A DNA stretch of 64,000 nucleotides from IMG/VR virus record IMGVR_UViG_3300021225_000468, positions 32,001 to 96,000 of that record, one strand, 5' to 3'. Source of the stretch: a virus. Below the pieces are notes generated by a model. It had not been told where the DNA came from, made no database searches, and was given only the letters and a program-made list of their open reading frames with translations. This document shows positions 18,699 through 28,916 of the stretch, piece after piece; position 1 is the stretch's first letter; each line of letters opens with the position of its first letter. The translations under genes and the position numbers were made by a program.

Positions 18699-21599
18699 TT
18701 ACTCCATTGCATATAGAGCAAATTCTGATGAATCAAATTCGTTACCTTCATCATCTACTATGATGTCACTAACACTTTTTTCTTCATAATTAACTACTTT
18801 CCTATTGTGTTCAATCCAATATTGGTCAACATGTTTTAAACTGTCTTCTACGTACATAAAATATGGGTCCATTTTCATCCTATTCCAAAATATCACTTCC
18901 ATTTCAGATAAAGTCATTACTTCATCTAAATTATCCTGATGACCATCTTTTAATGGATATCCATTAACTAATTCGCACTGTTTTTTAGTAAAGTATTGTC
19001 TATCCTTAGGGTCTTCAATTAATATGTCTTCACGAATTTCAGGATTAAAAACAACAAGTAGAGGTTCAATCCTTTTATTAAAAATACTAATATACCTTCC
19101 GACATTATAGTCTCCCGTCATTTCAGGATTATTTAAAATTTCCTTTTCAGGAATCATATAACAATTTATTTCGACATAATCAGGTGGTATTGGTTTTCCA
19201 TTATTTATATAATATTCTTCTTGTTGTTTTTTTGTCGCTTTTGTAATTTTTTGTACATCTCCCGATGTTTTCTTTTTTCCATTATTTACATAATAAATTG
19301 TTTCACCAAGATTTGCAGGATATTGACTTTGCATAACAAGTTCCATGTGTGCCTGTCTTGACATTAAAGAACCCGATTTCGTTCTTTTTGTTATGTGTTT
19401 TTTGTAGTCTTCCACAGATTGTTTCATCCTACTTTTATTTGCAATTTTTGCTAACGGTATCTTTTTATTATAAATTTTATCTATGGTTTCATAATATAGT
19501 TCGATAAAGGATAGACCGTCACCATTCATTAAATGATGTAAAGCATCATCTAAGAAATCTGATATATAATGTTGTAACTTCTTAGATTTGATAGTGTTAC
19601 CTGTTAATTTAATTTTTTCTTTACCTTTTTTTACTAATTTGATAATGTAATTTTTTCTTGAAATATTAATTGTTGATGGTGCAACATAATCTATATCTAA
19701 CCCCATTTCATTTCTCATGAAAATATCGTTAAATTCAGCAATGTCTGCGGAGATACCATCATATTTTTTATTGTGTTCTACTAATTCATTTTTTCCTTGA
19801 CCGATATATATGTGTGTATCAACATCTATAGGTGTTTCGAAGTTAACACCATCAGTATCCATAACTAATGGTTTATACCCCTTTTTCATGAAAAACATAA
19901 TCATCATACGAAGACACTGACGACCAATACATGTTGTCATTTCACCCATGTTCATATCACCCCAAGGAAAGACCTGAGGTGCAGATAACGAACCAAAAAA
20001 CGCATTAATGAATATTTTAATGGGTAATTGTTTCCTATCGTACATTTCAGAACTGACCGCATCAATTTCCTTTAGTTCGCCTGATAGTCTTTTATAATTA
20101 ATCCTAATTTTTCTAAAATACCCTAACATTGATTTTAAAACACCTGTAACATCACAATCAGGAAATACATCATACACTAACTCAATCGATGGATATAGAG
20201 ATGCAAAGTCAAATTTTACAACATTTTTAGAATATCCAACATTTAATAATCTTGATAAACCACCTGTAATTTTACGTTTTTCATCTTTTTTAGGTATTGC
20301 AAGATTATTTTCATATGACCAAGCCAACATGATGAGTTTCCATAATGTTGCGGTCCCCATAGTTGCAACTCGTTCATATGTTGTTGGAACTAATTTAGAA
20401 AGTAAAAATGTCGATTGACTAAAAGAATCGTCAACCACCATAGTTTCATACAAGTCATCATCAAGATATTGCTCAACTATTCGTTCCCCTTTCCATATTT
20501 CATATACATTTGGGAATCGAGACAACAAGTTTTCTGTACCTTTTTCTCCTACTTTTTTATACTTACCTGTCTTGGGGTTTACATAATAACTGTCATTTTC
20601 TAAATATATTTTGGAGATTTGTGAACCTTCGACATATACACGATTTGGTTTTTCTTTTTCCAAATATTTCGTGATATACTTCAAACTCCACGACTTAATA
20701 TCTGAATTGATTGCTTGTGCTCTTCTAACTGCATGAGATATATCAATAATATTAAAACCAAATAGAACATGTTGTGTGTATGGTTCCATTTCGTTCGCCA
20801 ATTTCAAAACACCTTCTTTTTCTTTTAGTCCCTTATCACCATATACACAAGATAATTTATTAATGTCTAACCCATTTATTTTCGCTCTTTCTAAAATAAA
20901 AGGAAAATCAAAAGAAGCAGAATTATATCCCCCAATAATCGTTGGTTTTAATTCTCTTATAATCTCAAAAAATTCAATAATTGCAATTTTTTCACCTTCG
21001 TCACCAAACGCAGATAATGTTTTATGAAACCCTCTATTATCTTTTAATCCTATTAATATTATTTTATCTACTGATGGATTTAATCCCGTAGTTTCTATGT
21101 CAAATACTAATCTATGAATATTACTATAATCATCAATACCTTTGAAAAGTCTTTTTTTCTTCTGTACTAAGAATTGTTCAACAGGAGTAAGTATTGTGAA
21201 ATACGATTTGTACTTTTCATTCCAAGGGTCTATACCTCCTTTTTTGAAAAAATTAATGAGAGAAGTATAACTCTTTAGTGATTTTATTAAAAACTTATGT
21301 CCATTATTTAATCTATCGTTATCTTTTGTGTCTAACTTATCAATAACAATCCCATAGTCTTTCATCATTTTTTTCTGTTCAGACTTAGAATTGTTATAAA
21401 AATTGAGACCATTTAAATCACCACACCACAAAAATGCTGTAAAACTATCTGTTTTAATAGTTTTTCCCTTAATTGGGTCTTGTATTATTTTATATATTAA
21501 ATTATTAGCATAATCATATTCTACACCTACAATAAATTCCTCATTATCAGAACCATTCAAGAATGATTCTATGATTTCTTGTGAAATAACTTCTCCCAT
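18699..21599 (-). CDS. Family B DNA polymerase
   Basis: Exonuclease FDIETTG and GYNSASFDFPF; polymerase DFASLYPSI, KIFINAFFG, MDTDG. Confidence 0.95.
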   Translation of the reverse strand: MGEVISQEIIESFLNGSDNEEFIVGVEYDYANNLIYKIIQDPIKGKTIKTDSFTAFLWCGDLNGLNFYNNSKSEQKKMMKDYGIVIDKLDTKDNDRLNNGHKFLIKSLKSYTSLINFFKKGGIDPWNEKYKSYFTILTPVEQFLVQKKKRLFKGIDDYSNIHRLVFDIETTGLNPSVDKIILIGLKDNRGFHKTLSAFGDEGEKIAIIEFFEIIRELKPTIIGGYNSASFDFPFILERAKINGLDINKLSCVYGDKGLKEKEGVLKLANEMEPYTQHVLFGFNIIDISHAVRRAQAINSDIKSWSLKYITKYLEKEKPNRVYVEGSQISKIYLENDSYYVNPKTGKYKKVGEKGTENLLSRFPNVYEIWKGERIVEQYLDDDLYETMVVDDSFSQSTFLLSKLVPTTYERVATMGTATLWKLIMLAWSYENNLAIPKKDEKRKITGGLSRLLNVGYSKNVVKFDFASLYPSIELVYDVFPDCDVTGVLKSMLGYFRKIRINYKRLSGELKEIDAVSSEMYDRKQLPIKIFINAFFGSLSAPQVFPWGDMNMGEMTTCIGRQCLRMMIMFFMKKGYKPLVMDTDGVNFETPIDVDTHIYIGQGKNELVEHNKKYDGISADIAEFNDIFMRNEMGLDIDYVAPSTINISRKNYIIKLVKKGKEKIKLTGNTIKSKKLQHYISDFLDDALHHLMNGDGLSFIELYYETIDKIYNKKIPLAKIANKSRMKQSVEDYKKHITKRTKSGSLMSRQAHMELVMQSQYPANLGETIYYVNNGKKKTSGDVQKITKATKKQQEEYYINNGKPIPPDYVEINCYMIPEKEILNNPEMTGDYNVGRYISIFNKRIEPLLVVFNPEIREDILIEDPKDRQYFTKKQCELVNGYPLKDGHQDNLDEVMTLSEMEVIFWNRMKMDPYFMYVEDSLKHVDQYWIEHNRKVVNYEEKSVSDIIVDDEGNEFDSSEFALYAME

Positions 21600-21724
21600 A
21601 TATAATTTTTTGATTGACGTATTTGCTTGTGAAATGAATTCACAGTTTGTCTTGAATATTATAATATACCAAAAAAAATCATGATTAAAAAATCATCGAT
21701 TAAGAAATCTACATAAGTTTTGTA

Positions 21725-22849
21725 TTAAAAACCTTGTGATTCTTTTATTCTAATTACGAAATTATCTACTACTGTTTTACACTCGTTGAATGTAACTTGT
21801 GCACCCGAACTTTTACTTAACAAGGTCTTAATTGCTAAAATATTTTTTGTACCTGTTCCTGTTGTATATAATGCAGAACCATTAGAACCCTGATTTACAG
21901 GTGCACCATTGTATATTACTGTTCCAAAAACAGAATTCCAATTACTATGTCCTAATAAAATAAATAAATCACAATGTGAAGGGTCACCTGCTGCATATGT
22001 TTGTCTATAATATGAGTGTACAGTAAAACCACTGACAGTATTCCCTGTGTATATTACATTTGCAGCTAAAGTACCACCACCATCTGCACCCGAATTTCCT
22101 CCTGATTGGAAACCTATTGGTAATCCATCACCATATACTGAATTATTTCTTGTACCTAATACTGTAAGAGGAAGATAAGTCAAACTTTGAGTACCTGTGA
22201 ATTGTTGATATCCTAAACTTATATAATTAAAACTTGTGTCTATGGTTGTTGTAGTTCCACTATTTTGGTAGTTTATTGCATTTGGATATGTACCTAAAAT
22301 ATATTGTGTATTTCCAGTATACGATACATTCGAAATTAACCAAGGAGAAGTTATATTACCACTATCGTACATGTCAAAACCCCCATCAAGTATATGAAAT
22401 CCATTACCATCTAATTGATAAGCATAAAAACTCGGATTTCTAAAATCAGACATGTAATTTCGTAAATATTGTGCAATTGTAACTAATTCATCATTTGGAT
22501 TTTTTGAAATACCTAAATCTGATGGTGTTAAATCAGAGGTCTGAACCCATATATCAGTCCTACCTGTTGACCAATTTATAACTTCTGTTATTGTTTCTCC
22601 TGTTGCACCAAATGACTTTAAAAAAAACACACATTGATTATCATTATGTGCTACATGAATAGAAGGACCACCTGAATTTCTATGTACATATATCGTATAA
22701 CCACTTGGGGGTGGTGTAATTCCATTATAAAAACCATGAACACTTGTAGGACCATAATCATCTGAAGAATCAACACCTATCAAGAAATTGGTATTTCTTG
22801 TTGCTGTCAATTTGGTGGTTGACCCTGATGTTTTAATTTTATTAGGCAT
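21725..22849 (-). CDS. Putative virion structural protein
   Basis: 374 aa, Gly/Thr/Ser-rich, many [ST]GxT motifs; coupled to BppU-like gene. Confidence 0.55.
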   Translation of the reverse strand: MPNKIKTSGSTTKLTATRNTNFLIGVDSSDDYGPTSVHGFYNGITPPPSGYTIYVHRNSGGPSIHVAHNDNQCVFFLKSFGATGETITEVINWSTGRTDIWVQTSDLTPSDLGISKNPNDELVTIAQYLRNYMSDFRNPSFYAYQLDGNGFHILDGGFDMYDSGNITSPWLISNVSYTGNTQYILGTYPNAINYQNSGTTTTIDTSFNYISLGYQQFTGTQSLTYLPLTVLGTRNNSVYGDGLPIGFQSGGNSGADGGGTLAANVIYTGNTVSGFTVHSYYRQTYAAGDPSHCDLFILLGHSNWNSVFGTVIYNGAPVNQGSNGSALYTTGTGTKNILAIKTLLSKSSGAQVTFNECKTVVDNFVIRIKESQGF

Positions 22850-23217
22850 TATACAATATTAATATATAACTTTTCTCTTATTGGTAATATTAATTTTGTT
22901 GTTGGATTTTGATTGGTGTCTAAAAATTGTACTGTTATTACTCCCTCAAATCTCCCTTTTACTTCAGTTTGTGTTTCAGTAAACCTATGTGTTATATAAT
23001 ATTCATCTGTGGTGTTTTGAAACTTTTTCGTTCTTGTTGTAATATTACATGATGAGTTTAAAATCACAGGGGCACCATCTTCAATATCGTACATATCAAG
23101 TGTTATGTCAGAATTTTCCAATAAATCATTGAATGATGTTTTATCATTTTTTCCATCATCTATTAATTTCAATTTTAATATTGGGTCTGTAGCGTCTTTT
23201 CTTATAAAAAATTCCAT
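22849..23217 (-). CDS. BppU-like baseplate/fibre adaptor
   Basis: FFIRKDATDPILKLKL...YRF-like HRFTETQT..GRFEGVITVQF...LILP pattern; TATTTATA 3 nt before ATG. Confidence 0.55.
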   Translation of the reverse strand: MEFFIRKDATDPILKLKLIDDGKNDKTSFNDLLENSDITLDMYDIEDGAPVILNSSCNITTRTKKFQNTTDEYYITHRFTETQTEVKGRFEGVITVQFLDTNQNPTTKLILPIREKLYINIV

Positions 23218-23267
23218 ATTTATAAATATTCTTGATGTCCATTATATTTTATATATGATATTTATTA

Positions 23268-23480
23268 ATGACAAAAATAATAAAGTATATGGGTAACAAC
23301 AAAGTATTTAGTTTTATTGGTTCGCTATTGGTTATGGCGATTGCAATTGGTATTTTCTTCATGTTAATGGAAAAAGAAATGCCACAGTCTAACAGAGAGT
23401 TATTAATTGCGTTTGTATCAGTTTTATTTGGTGCAATGGCAACATCAATTAAAAAAATCACAGGAGACGATGAGAAATAA
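23268..23480 (+). CDS. Small two-TM membrane protein, holin-like
   Basis: Two hydrophobic helices, charged C-terminus; TATTTAT upstream. Confidence 0.5.
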   Translation: MTKIIKYMGNNKVFSFIGSLLVMAIAIGIFFMLMEKEMPQSNRELLIAFVSVLFGAMATSIKKITGDDEK

Positions 23481-23769
23481 TGAAATTGTTATAATGATTA
23501 TAGGTTCAATATTACTTCTTGGATTTGTAATTTACATGTTGATATTTTCATTTCATATGTCTAAAACAAATCTAATAAGAGAAGATATCAAAAATGATAG
23601 TATTATCTTTAAAGAAAATCTTCAGTTAAAAATGAATGATAGTGTCATGATAGAAAATAAGAAAAAATTAAATAATCTTATTGACAACCATGAAAACAGA
23701 TTACAAAGATTAGAAAATAGAAAACCTATAATTAATCGTGATACTGTATTTCTTTTAAAAGAAAATTAA
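23470..23769 (+). CDS. N-terminal TM plus coiled-coil protein (spanin-like/lysis-associated)
   Basis: Start at ATG 23470 overlapping the holin-like gene; one TM then coiled coil. Confidence 0.4.
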   Translation: MRNNEIVIMIIGSILLLGFVIYMLIFSFHMSKTNLIREDIKNDSIIFKENLQLKMNDSVMIENKKKLNNLIDNHENRLQRLENRKPIINRDTVFLLKEN

Positions 23770-23773
23770 TAAT

Positions 23774-23804
23774 AAAAAAGGGGAATTTAAATTCCCCTTT
23801 TTTT
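23774..23804. terminator. Bidirectional terminator between convergent genes
   Basis: AAAAAAGGGGAATTTAAATTCCCCTTTTTTT. Confidence 0.85.
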
Positions 23805-25197
23805 ATGCTATTCTTATTTGAATAACATTACCGTTTCTATATAAACCACCTAAAGGCACTCCTCCCGCTTGTGCAGCGGTATCATCTGCAAAATTTAAAG
23901 ATTGTGATACTTGTTGTAAAATTGTATATCCATAATCTTGTCTAATTGAACCACTTACGTCTAAATTATATAATGGTATTGGTTTATTTATACCTATTTT
24001 ACCATTTGCCGAACCTGAAAATGGGGTAAAGGTTGAAACATTAGAATATGACCCTGTACCGAATATTATACCACCAATATTAATACTATCTTGTCTTCCA
24101 TTATCAAGTGTGATGTTAGTACCAATTATAATATTATTAGATGATATACCACTGTTTATCCCTGTTTTAGCCCCTGCCAAATAACCTATTAGTGTAGAAT
24201 ACGGTGAATTATTTGTAAACTCACCAGCATAATACCCAATAAAATTAGAATACGCAGAATTTGTTGCGTAATATCCTGCATTATTTCCCATAAAAACTGA
24301 ACCAGATGCATTAGTTGCTCTGTACCCTGTGTTTCTTCCAATAAAAACTGAACTATTAGCATTAGGGGATTCTGCCCCTGAAATATAACCTAAGAAAATA
24401 GAATTATTCGCATTTGTAGATTGATATCCCGAAGAGTTACCTATGAAAATAGAGTGACTTGCATTTGTAGATTGAAATCCAGCCTGATTTGTCAATATGA
24501 CAGAATTAATTGCATTAGAAGCTTGATATCCCGCTAATCTACCAAAAAATATTGAATCGAGATTATTAACCTCAGAAGTGTTATATGTTAATAAACTACT
24601 ACCTGTAACTTTAAAAGGATACGATGAACTTACTGCATTTATAGACCATGATGATGTTCCTTCTAAAGAACCCGTAATACCATTAGTAACCTTTAATGAA
24701 CCTGTTATTTGTATATCATTTGTTGTTGACCAAAATGACCCTGTTTGTGAAAGTATACTATTACCTGAAGTTCCACTACTACCATTAGAACCACTTGTTC
24801 CACTTGAACCTGAAGTTCCACTTGTGCCTGAGGTTGCAGCTGTGTACGATGTTCCATTAATAGATAAAGACCCTGTTATATTTACAGAACCTGTAAATTT
24901 ATGTGTATCATCTAATGAATTACCAAAAAGTGTAGAACCACTAATACCTTCAGTTGTAATGTTAATATATGACGAACTAATAATATATTCTTGCGCTGTT
25001 AATGAACCACTAATAGTTAAATTTCCATTTATGACTTGACTACCAGTAAATACGTGGGAACCACTATTAACTAATGTTTGTCTAAGCGTTGATAATGGTA
25101 ATTGGTATGTTACACCATTTTGAACAAATGCAGTTACACCTGATAAACTTGGTGTTGATGACCCTGTTGGTAATTGAGATATTTTTTTACTTATCAT
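23803..25197 (-). CDS. Tail fibre/adhesin-like protein with SGT repeat and beta-helix repeats
   Basis: SKKISQLP N-terminus, (SGT/SGS)n linker, SxFIGxxAGYxxTNA repeats, C-terminal GGVPLGGLYRNG. Confidence 0.75.
   Translation of the reverse strand: MISKKISQLPTGSSTPSLSGVTAFVQNGVTYQLPLSTLRQTLVNSGSHVFTGSQVINGNLTISGSLTAQEYIISSSYINITTEGISGSTLFGNSLDDTHKFTGSVNITGSLSINGTSYTAATSGTSGTSGSSGTSGSNGSSGTSGNSILSQTGSFWSTTNDIQITGSLKVTNGITGSLEGTSSWSINAVSSSYPFKVTGSSLLTYNTSEVNNLDSIFFGRLAGYQASNAINSVILTNQAGFQSTNASHSIFIGNSSGYQSTNANNSIFLGYISGAESPNANSSVFIGRNTGYRATNASGSVFMGNNAGYYATNSAYSNFIGYYAGEFTNNSPYSTLIGYLAGAKTGINSGISSNNIIIGTNITLDNGRQDSINIGGIIFGTGSYSNVSTFTPFSGSANGKIGINKPIPLYNLDVSGSIRQDYGYTILQQVSQSLNFADDTAAQAGGVPLGGLYRNGNVIQIRIA
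24760..24835 (-). repeat. Coding tripeptide repeat (TSGTSGTSGSSGTSGSNGSSGTSG)
   Basis: Imperfect 9/18-nt tandem repeats inside the fibre gene. Confidence 0.8.
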
Positions 25198-25208
25198 GTA
25201 TATAAATA

Positions 25209-26306
25209 TTAATATAATATAAGAACATTATCTTCTGTTGTGAGTAATTCATCATTTTCAGTTATGAGTGAAAAAGGAAAAACTCCAACAATTTCTTCTG
25301 TACAAACATCATTACATTCACTAATAGTAAAGTTTGGTTTTATTGATGTGATATAATTATGTTTTATTCTTGGATAACTTAATGGTTCTTCAAAATATTT
25401 GACTTGTTTTAAATTAAAAGATGTGTTACCACTATGTAATCCACCTGAATTATTTGTACCACCTCCAAATATCTGAGCAATAATGTTTGTCGATAATCTT
25501 TCTGAAGGTATAATTTCTTCCCAATCTTTTATTTTGTATATTAATCTACCATTTAAGTAAATTTTCAAAGTACCTAATCTATTGTATCTATTAGATAACC
25601 AATTTTTATTTATTACTTCATACATTTCTATATCTTCAGTCGCACCTGATATGACATCAATTGGATTATTTACAGTATAACCTGTTATATAATCATTTGA
25701 ACCACCCTCATTTAATATATCACAATTAGTGAATTCGTTATTTCTTCTAAAGACAATTGAAATATTGAAGTCATTTGATGTACCACCTGTACATAAAACA
25801 GATGTCTGTCCACTTGAAATATAGGGTGTCAGAGTATAACCTGAAACAGTTTCACAATAACCTGACATATGATATTTTTCCCATTTAATTCTACCATCAT
25901 TGGTAAATGAAAATGATAAATTATTGTCTAAATAGTTATTTTGTTCAGTTTCATTCAATATACCCCAATAATAAAATGTAGAACCTGATGACCATGGTAA
26001 AGAATCCCTATTAAAAACAAAATCTAATGTCCATCCTAATTCTGTTCTACGTCTAACAGTAAAATCACAAGTTTCACCTGTATATGGTTTATTAATTTCA
26101 ATTTCCCACGGTTTGATTGAATCTAAATCATCAACACATGTTGAGTCAATAACTAAACTTGTATATGTAATTTCGTTAGTAAAATCTATCGCATCAATAT
26201 CGAAATCATATTCCGAACTCGCGAGTTCGTAATCATAAAATTCAGAAGAATCTAATTTTATTTTAATTCTTTGTCCCCAGTATTTTAAAATATTTTGACT
26301 ATTCAT
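25209..26306 (-). CDS. Putative virion structural protein (LamG/lectin-like)
   Basis: GTLKIYLNGR, FGGGT; Cys pairs; many [ST]GxT; late motif upstream. Confidence 0.55.
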   Translation of the reverse strand: MNSQNILKYWGQRIKIKLDSSEFYDYELASSEYDFDIDAIDFTNEITYTSLVIDSTCVDDLDSIKPWEIEINKPYTGETCDFTVRRRTELGWTLDFVFNRDSLPWSSGSTFYYWGILNETEQNNYLDNNLSFSFTNDGRIKWEKYHMSGYCETVSGYTLTPYISSGQTSVLCTGGTSNDFNISIVFRRNNEFTNCDILNEGGSNDYITGYTVNNPIDVISGATEDIEMYEVINKNWLSNRYNRLGTLKIYLNGRLIYKIKDWEEIIPSERLSTNIIAQIFGGGTNNSGGLHSGNTSFNLKQVKYFEEPLSYPRIKHNYITSIKPNFTISECNDVCTEEIVGVFPFSLITENDELLTTEDNVLILY

Positions 26307-26359
26307 GTATTAATAAATATCTTTCATAAGATTTGATATTTATATAATAAACTGAATTG

Positions 26360-27142
26360 ATGAATAATTTTATAAAACAAGTTATAGAAGAAAAATTTGC
26401 ATCAAAAGCACAACAAAGATACTTTTACGCTCAGGCTGGTAAAGGAGGTAAAAAAGGTAAAAAATGGGCGAAATGGGCAAAAGAATTTTCAGATAAAACT
26501 GATTTCGAAAATATACCTGATAAAGTCGAAGAAAAAGAATTAGAAGAAATTGTAGATGAAAATGGTAATATAAAAACAGATAAAAAACCCACGAATTTTA
26601 ATGCTAAAGGAATCACACAAAAGAAAACGTCCGATGAAGTAGTAAAATCTGCAGGTGGTTCTATGGGTACTCACGGTGTTCATGGTACTCACACAACTTT
26701 AAAATATTGGGCGGAAGGTAAAGATAGTCTCAAAAATTTGATTGAAAACTTTATTGATGAAATCGAAATGGACGGTGCTTTAGGTTATGATGAAACATTA
26801 GGAGATGATGCATCATATGAGGAGGCAGAAAGATATTTTAAATCTGAATTAGGTTTGTCAGATGAAGAAACAAAACTTAGATTACAAAATTTAGGTTATG
26901 ACGAAAAATTAAAAGGAGATAAAGTCAGATTAGTAGAAAAAAATAAAAAGTATTTTGAAGAATTCATAGAAAGTATTATTTCAAAAAGAAATGTTGATAA
27001 TGATATAGTAAAAAATAAATCAATACAAATTGATGAATTAAATCCTATCATAAAAAGACAAATAAATTCTTTGAAAGATACTCTTGAAAGTAATAATTTG
27101 AAAATTGAAGATGTTTTAGAATTTTTAAAAAATCATGAATAA
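26360..27142 (+). CDS. Hypothetical late protein (internal head protein candidate)
   Basis: VIEEKFASKAQQRYFY motif; TATTTATA at 26337-26344. Confidence 0.6.
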   Translation: MNNFIKQVIEEKFASKAQQRYFYAQAGKGGKKGKKWAKWAKEFSDKTDFENIPDKVEEKELEEIVDENGNIKTDKKPTNFNAKGITQKKTSDEVVKSAGGSMGTHGVHGTHTTLKYWAEGKDSLKNLIENFIDEIEMDGALGYDETLGDDASYEEAERYFKSELGLSDEETKLRLQNLGYDEKLKGDKVRLVEKNKKYFEEFIESIISKRNVDNDIVKNKSIQIDELNPIIKRQINSLKDTLESNNLKIEDVLEFLKNHE

Positions 27143-27632
27143 AGAATTAAAACATAGGATTTTTAATATTCCACAAAATATCTTGGATATGATAAATCAT
27201 ACTGTGGTTACTTTGGAAGGAGACCATGTTGATGGGGTAAAAAGAGCCAAAACATTATTACAAGATAAGAAAGTAAAATATGGACAATTAAAAAGAATTA
27301 TTCATGATTTACAAAATACAGATAAATTTAAAGACAGGTTAAGATATAACTTATATGGCGGAGACAATATGTTAAATTGGGGAAAACAATTTTTGAAGGG
27401 AGAAAGGGATTTTATAAAAAATAAAAAAGAATCATCAAAAATATCAAATAATATTGGTGGTATTGATGGACAAAGAAAGAATCCATATTTAAAAAAACAT
27501 AAGAAAAACCCTAATTTTAGTGTTCCAACAAATTTAATAAAATCAAACTCACATAAAAATAGTGTTAGTTTTATCACTGATTTAAAATTATTTGAACAAA
27601 TAAAAAAAATAAACAAACTAATAAAATACTAA
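27135..27632 (+). CDS. Hypothetical basic protein
   Basis: 165 aa; C-terminal LFEQIKKINKLIKY. Confidence 0.6.
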   Translation: MNKELKHRIFNIPQNILDMINHTVVTLEGDHVDGVKRAKTLLQDKKVKYGQLKRIIHDLQNTDKFKDRLRYNLYGGDNMLNWGKQFLKGERDFIKNKKESSKISNNIGGIDGQRKNPYLKKHKKNPNFSVPTNLIKSNSHKNSVSFITDLKLFEQIKKINKLIKY

Positions 27633-27633
27633 C

Positions 27634-28011
27634 ATGGCAACAGAATTAGAAAAACTTGCGGAAAAGTTTAGAAATGAACATTTATCAAGAAATCCTTATA
27701 CTCTGAATAATATTTATGATTCTAATAATAGAAACGCATTATCTGATGGTGATGAAAAAGGTAAAGGAGATAATAATGGTAGTATTGGGTCAAGTGTTGA
27801 CATTCAAAAAAGGAATGAATTAATGGCAAGGAACCCATATACAATGGTTAATGAATATTCATCCAATCATCCAAATGCAATATCTAATGGTGATGAAAAA
27901 GGTAAAGGAGAAAGTAATGGTAGTGTTGGTAGTACAACTGATATAAGTGTCAGAAACGAATCGAAAGCGAGAAATAAATATGGTGAAACTAATAGATATC
28001 CAAATTTCTAA
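27634..28011 (+). CDS. Hypothetical protein made of about 47-aa tandem repeats
   Basis: RNE...RNPY....Y...NA.S.GDEKGKG..NGS.GS..DI repeated about 2.5 times. Confidence 0.7.
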   Translation: MATELEKLAEKFRNEHLSRNPYTLNNIYDSNNRNALSDGDEKGKGDNNGSIGSSVDIQKRNELMARNPYTMVNEYSSNHPNAISNGDEKGKGESNGSVGSTTDISVRNESKARNKYGETNRYPNF

Positions 28012-28889
28012 TGAACTTATTTAAACTATATAGTAAATTATTACTTGAACAAAATTATGGTAATAGAAAAGTAAAAACAATAATTGATGCTATGAAAAAT
28101 AGACATCCAATTACTTTCTATTATAGTGGTCCACAAACACCTCCAAAAGATAGGGTACTTAATGGTGTTAGAATTCGTGCTGAAGTTGTTGCGTATGGTT
28201 TAAGTAAAAAGGGAAATGAAATAATTAGAGCATATATAGGACCCCCCTCAACTACTTTAAGAGGATATGATAAAACTCATTGGAGAACATTTAGAATTGA
28301 CAGAATCAGTTCTGTTAGAGTTATTTCTGATGAAACATTCGAAAAAAGAAACGATGGTCAATATAAAGAGGGTAGTGAGAATTCAAATGGTCCTATGGCG
28401 AAAACTTATTTTACAGTAAGTTGGGATTCAAGTCCTGAAATAGTTAGTAAACCTAAAATCACAACACCAACACCTACAGTTAAAAAAGAATTACCTCCCG
28501 AAGAAAAACCTGAACCAACTGTAGAACCACTACCTGAACCTTTACCGAAAGAAAAACCAACTATATCACCAACGGTTGACTTAGGACAAGAAATTTTCAA
28601 GAAGATACAACCAAACATAAAAGAAAAGGAAAGTGGGAAATATCTTTCAAATATTGATTTTGAAACTTTTTCAAAAGAATTATATAAATTGAAAGAAAAA
28701 GAATGGGTTGATAATCAAAAAGTATTAAATAAAAATATTAAACCAGGTGAGGGAACAAGGAAAAAATTTGAAATTGATTCAAAAAATGAATTAGCACAAA
28801 TATTAAGAAAAAATAATATTAATGTAGTGAATAATATAGATACCATTAATGAATCTTTATTGAAGATAAAACATTTAATGTATCGATAA
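28011..28889 (+). CDS. WYL-domain protein with Pro-rich linker
   Basis: IDAMKNRHPITFYY...EVVAYG....GNEIIRAY...WRTFRIDRISSV, a typical WYL signature. Confidence 0.75.
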   Translation: MNLFKLYSKLLLEQNYGNRKVKTIIDAMKNRHPITFYYSGPQTPPKDRVLNGVRIRAEVVAYGLSKKGNEIIRAYIGPPSTTLRGYDKTHWRTFRIDRISSVRVISDETFEKRNDGQYKEGSENSNGPMAKTYFTVSWDSSPEIVSKPKITTPTPTVKKELPPEEKPEPTVEPLPEPLPKEKPTISPTVDLGQEIFKKIQPNIKEKESGKYLSNIDFETFSKELYKLKEKEWVDNQKVLNKNIKPGEGTRKKFEIDSKNELAQILRKNNINVVNNIDTINESLLKIKHLMYR

Positions 28890-28916
28890 AAATATTTATC
28901 ATTAAAATAAAAATAT

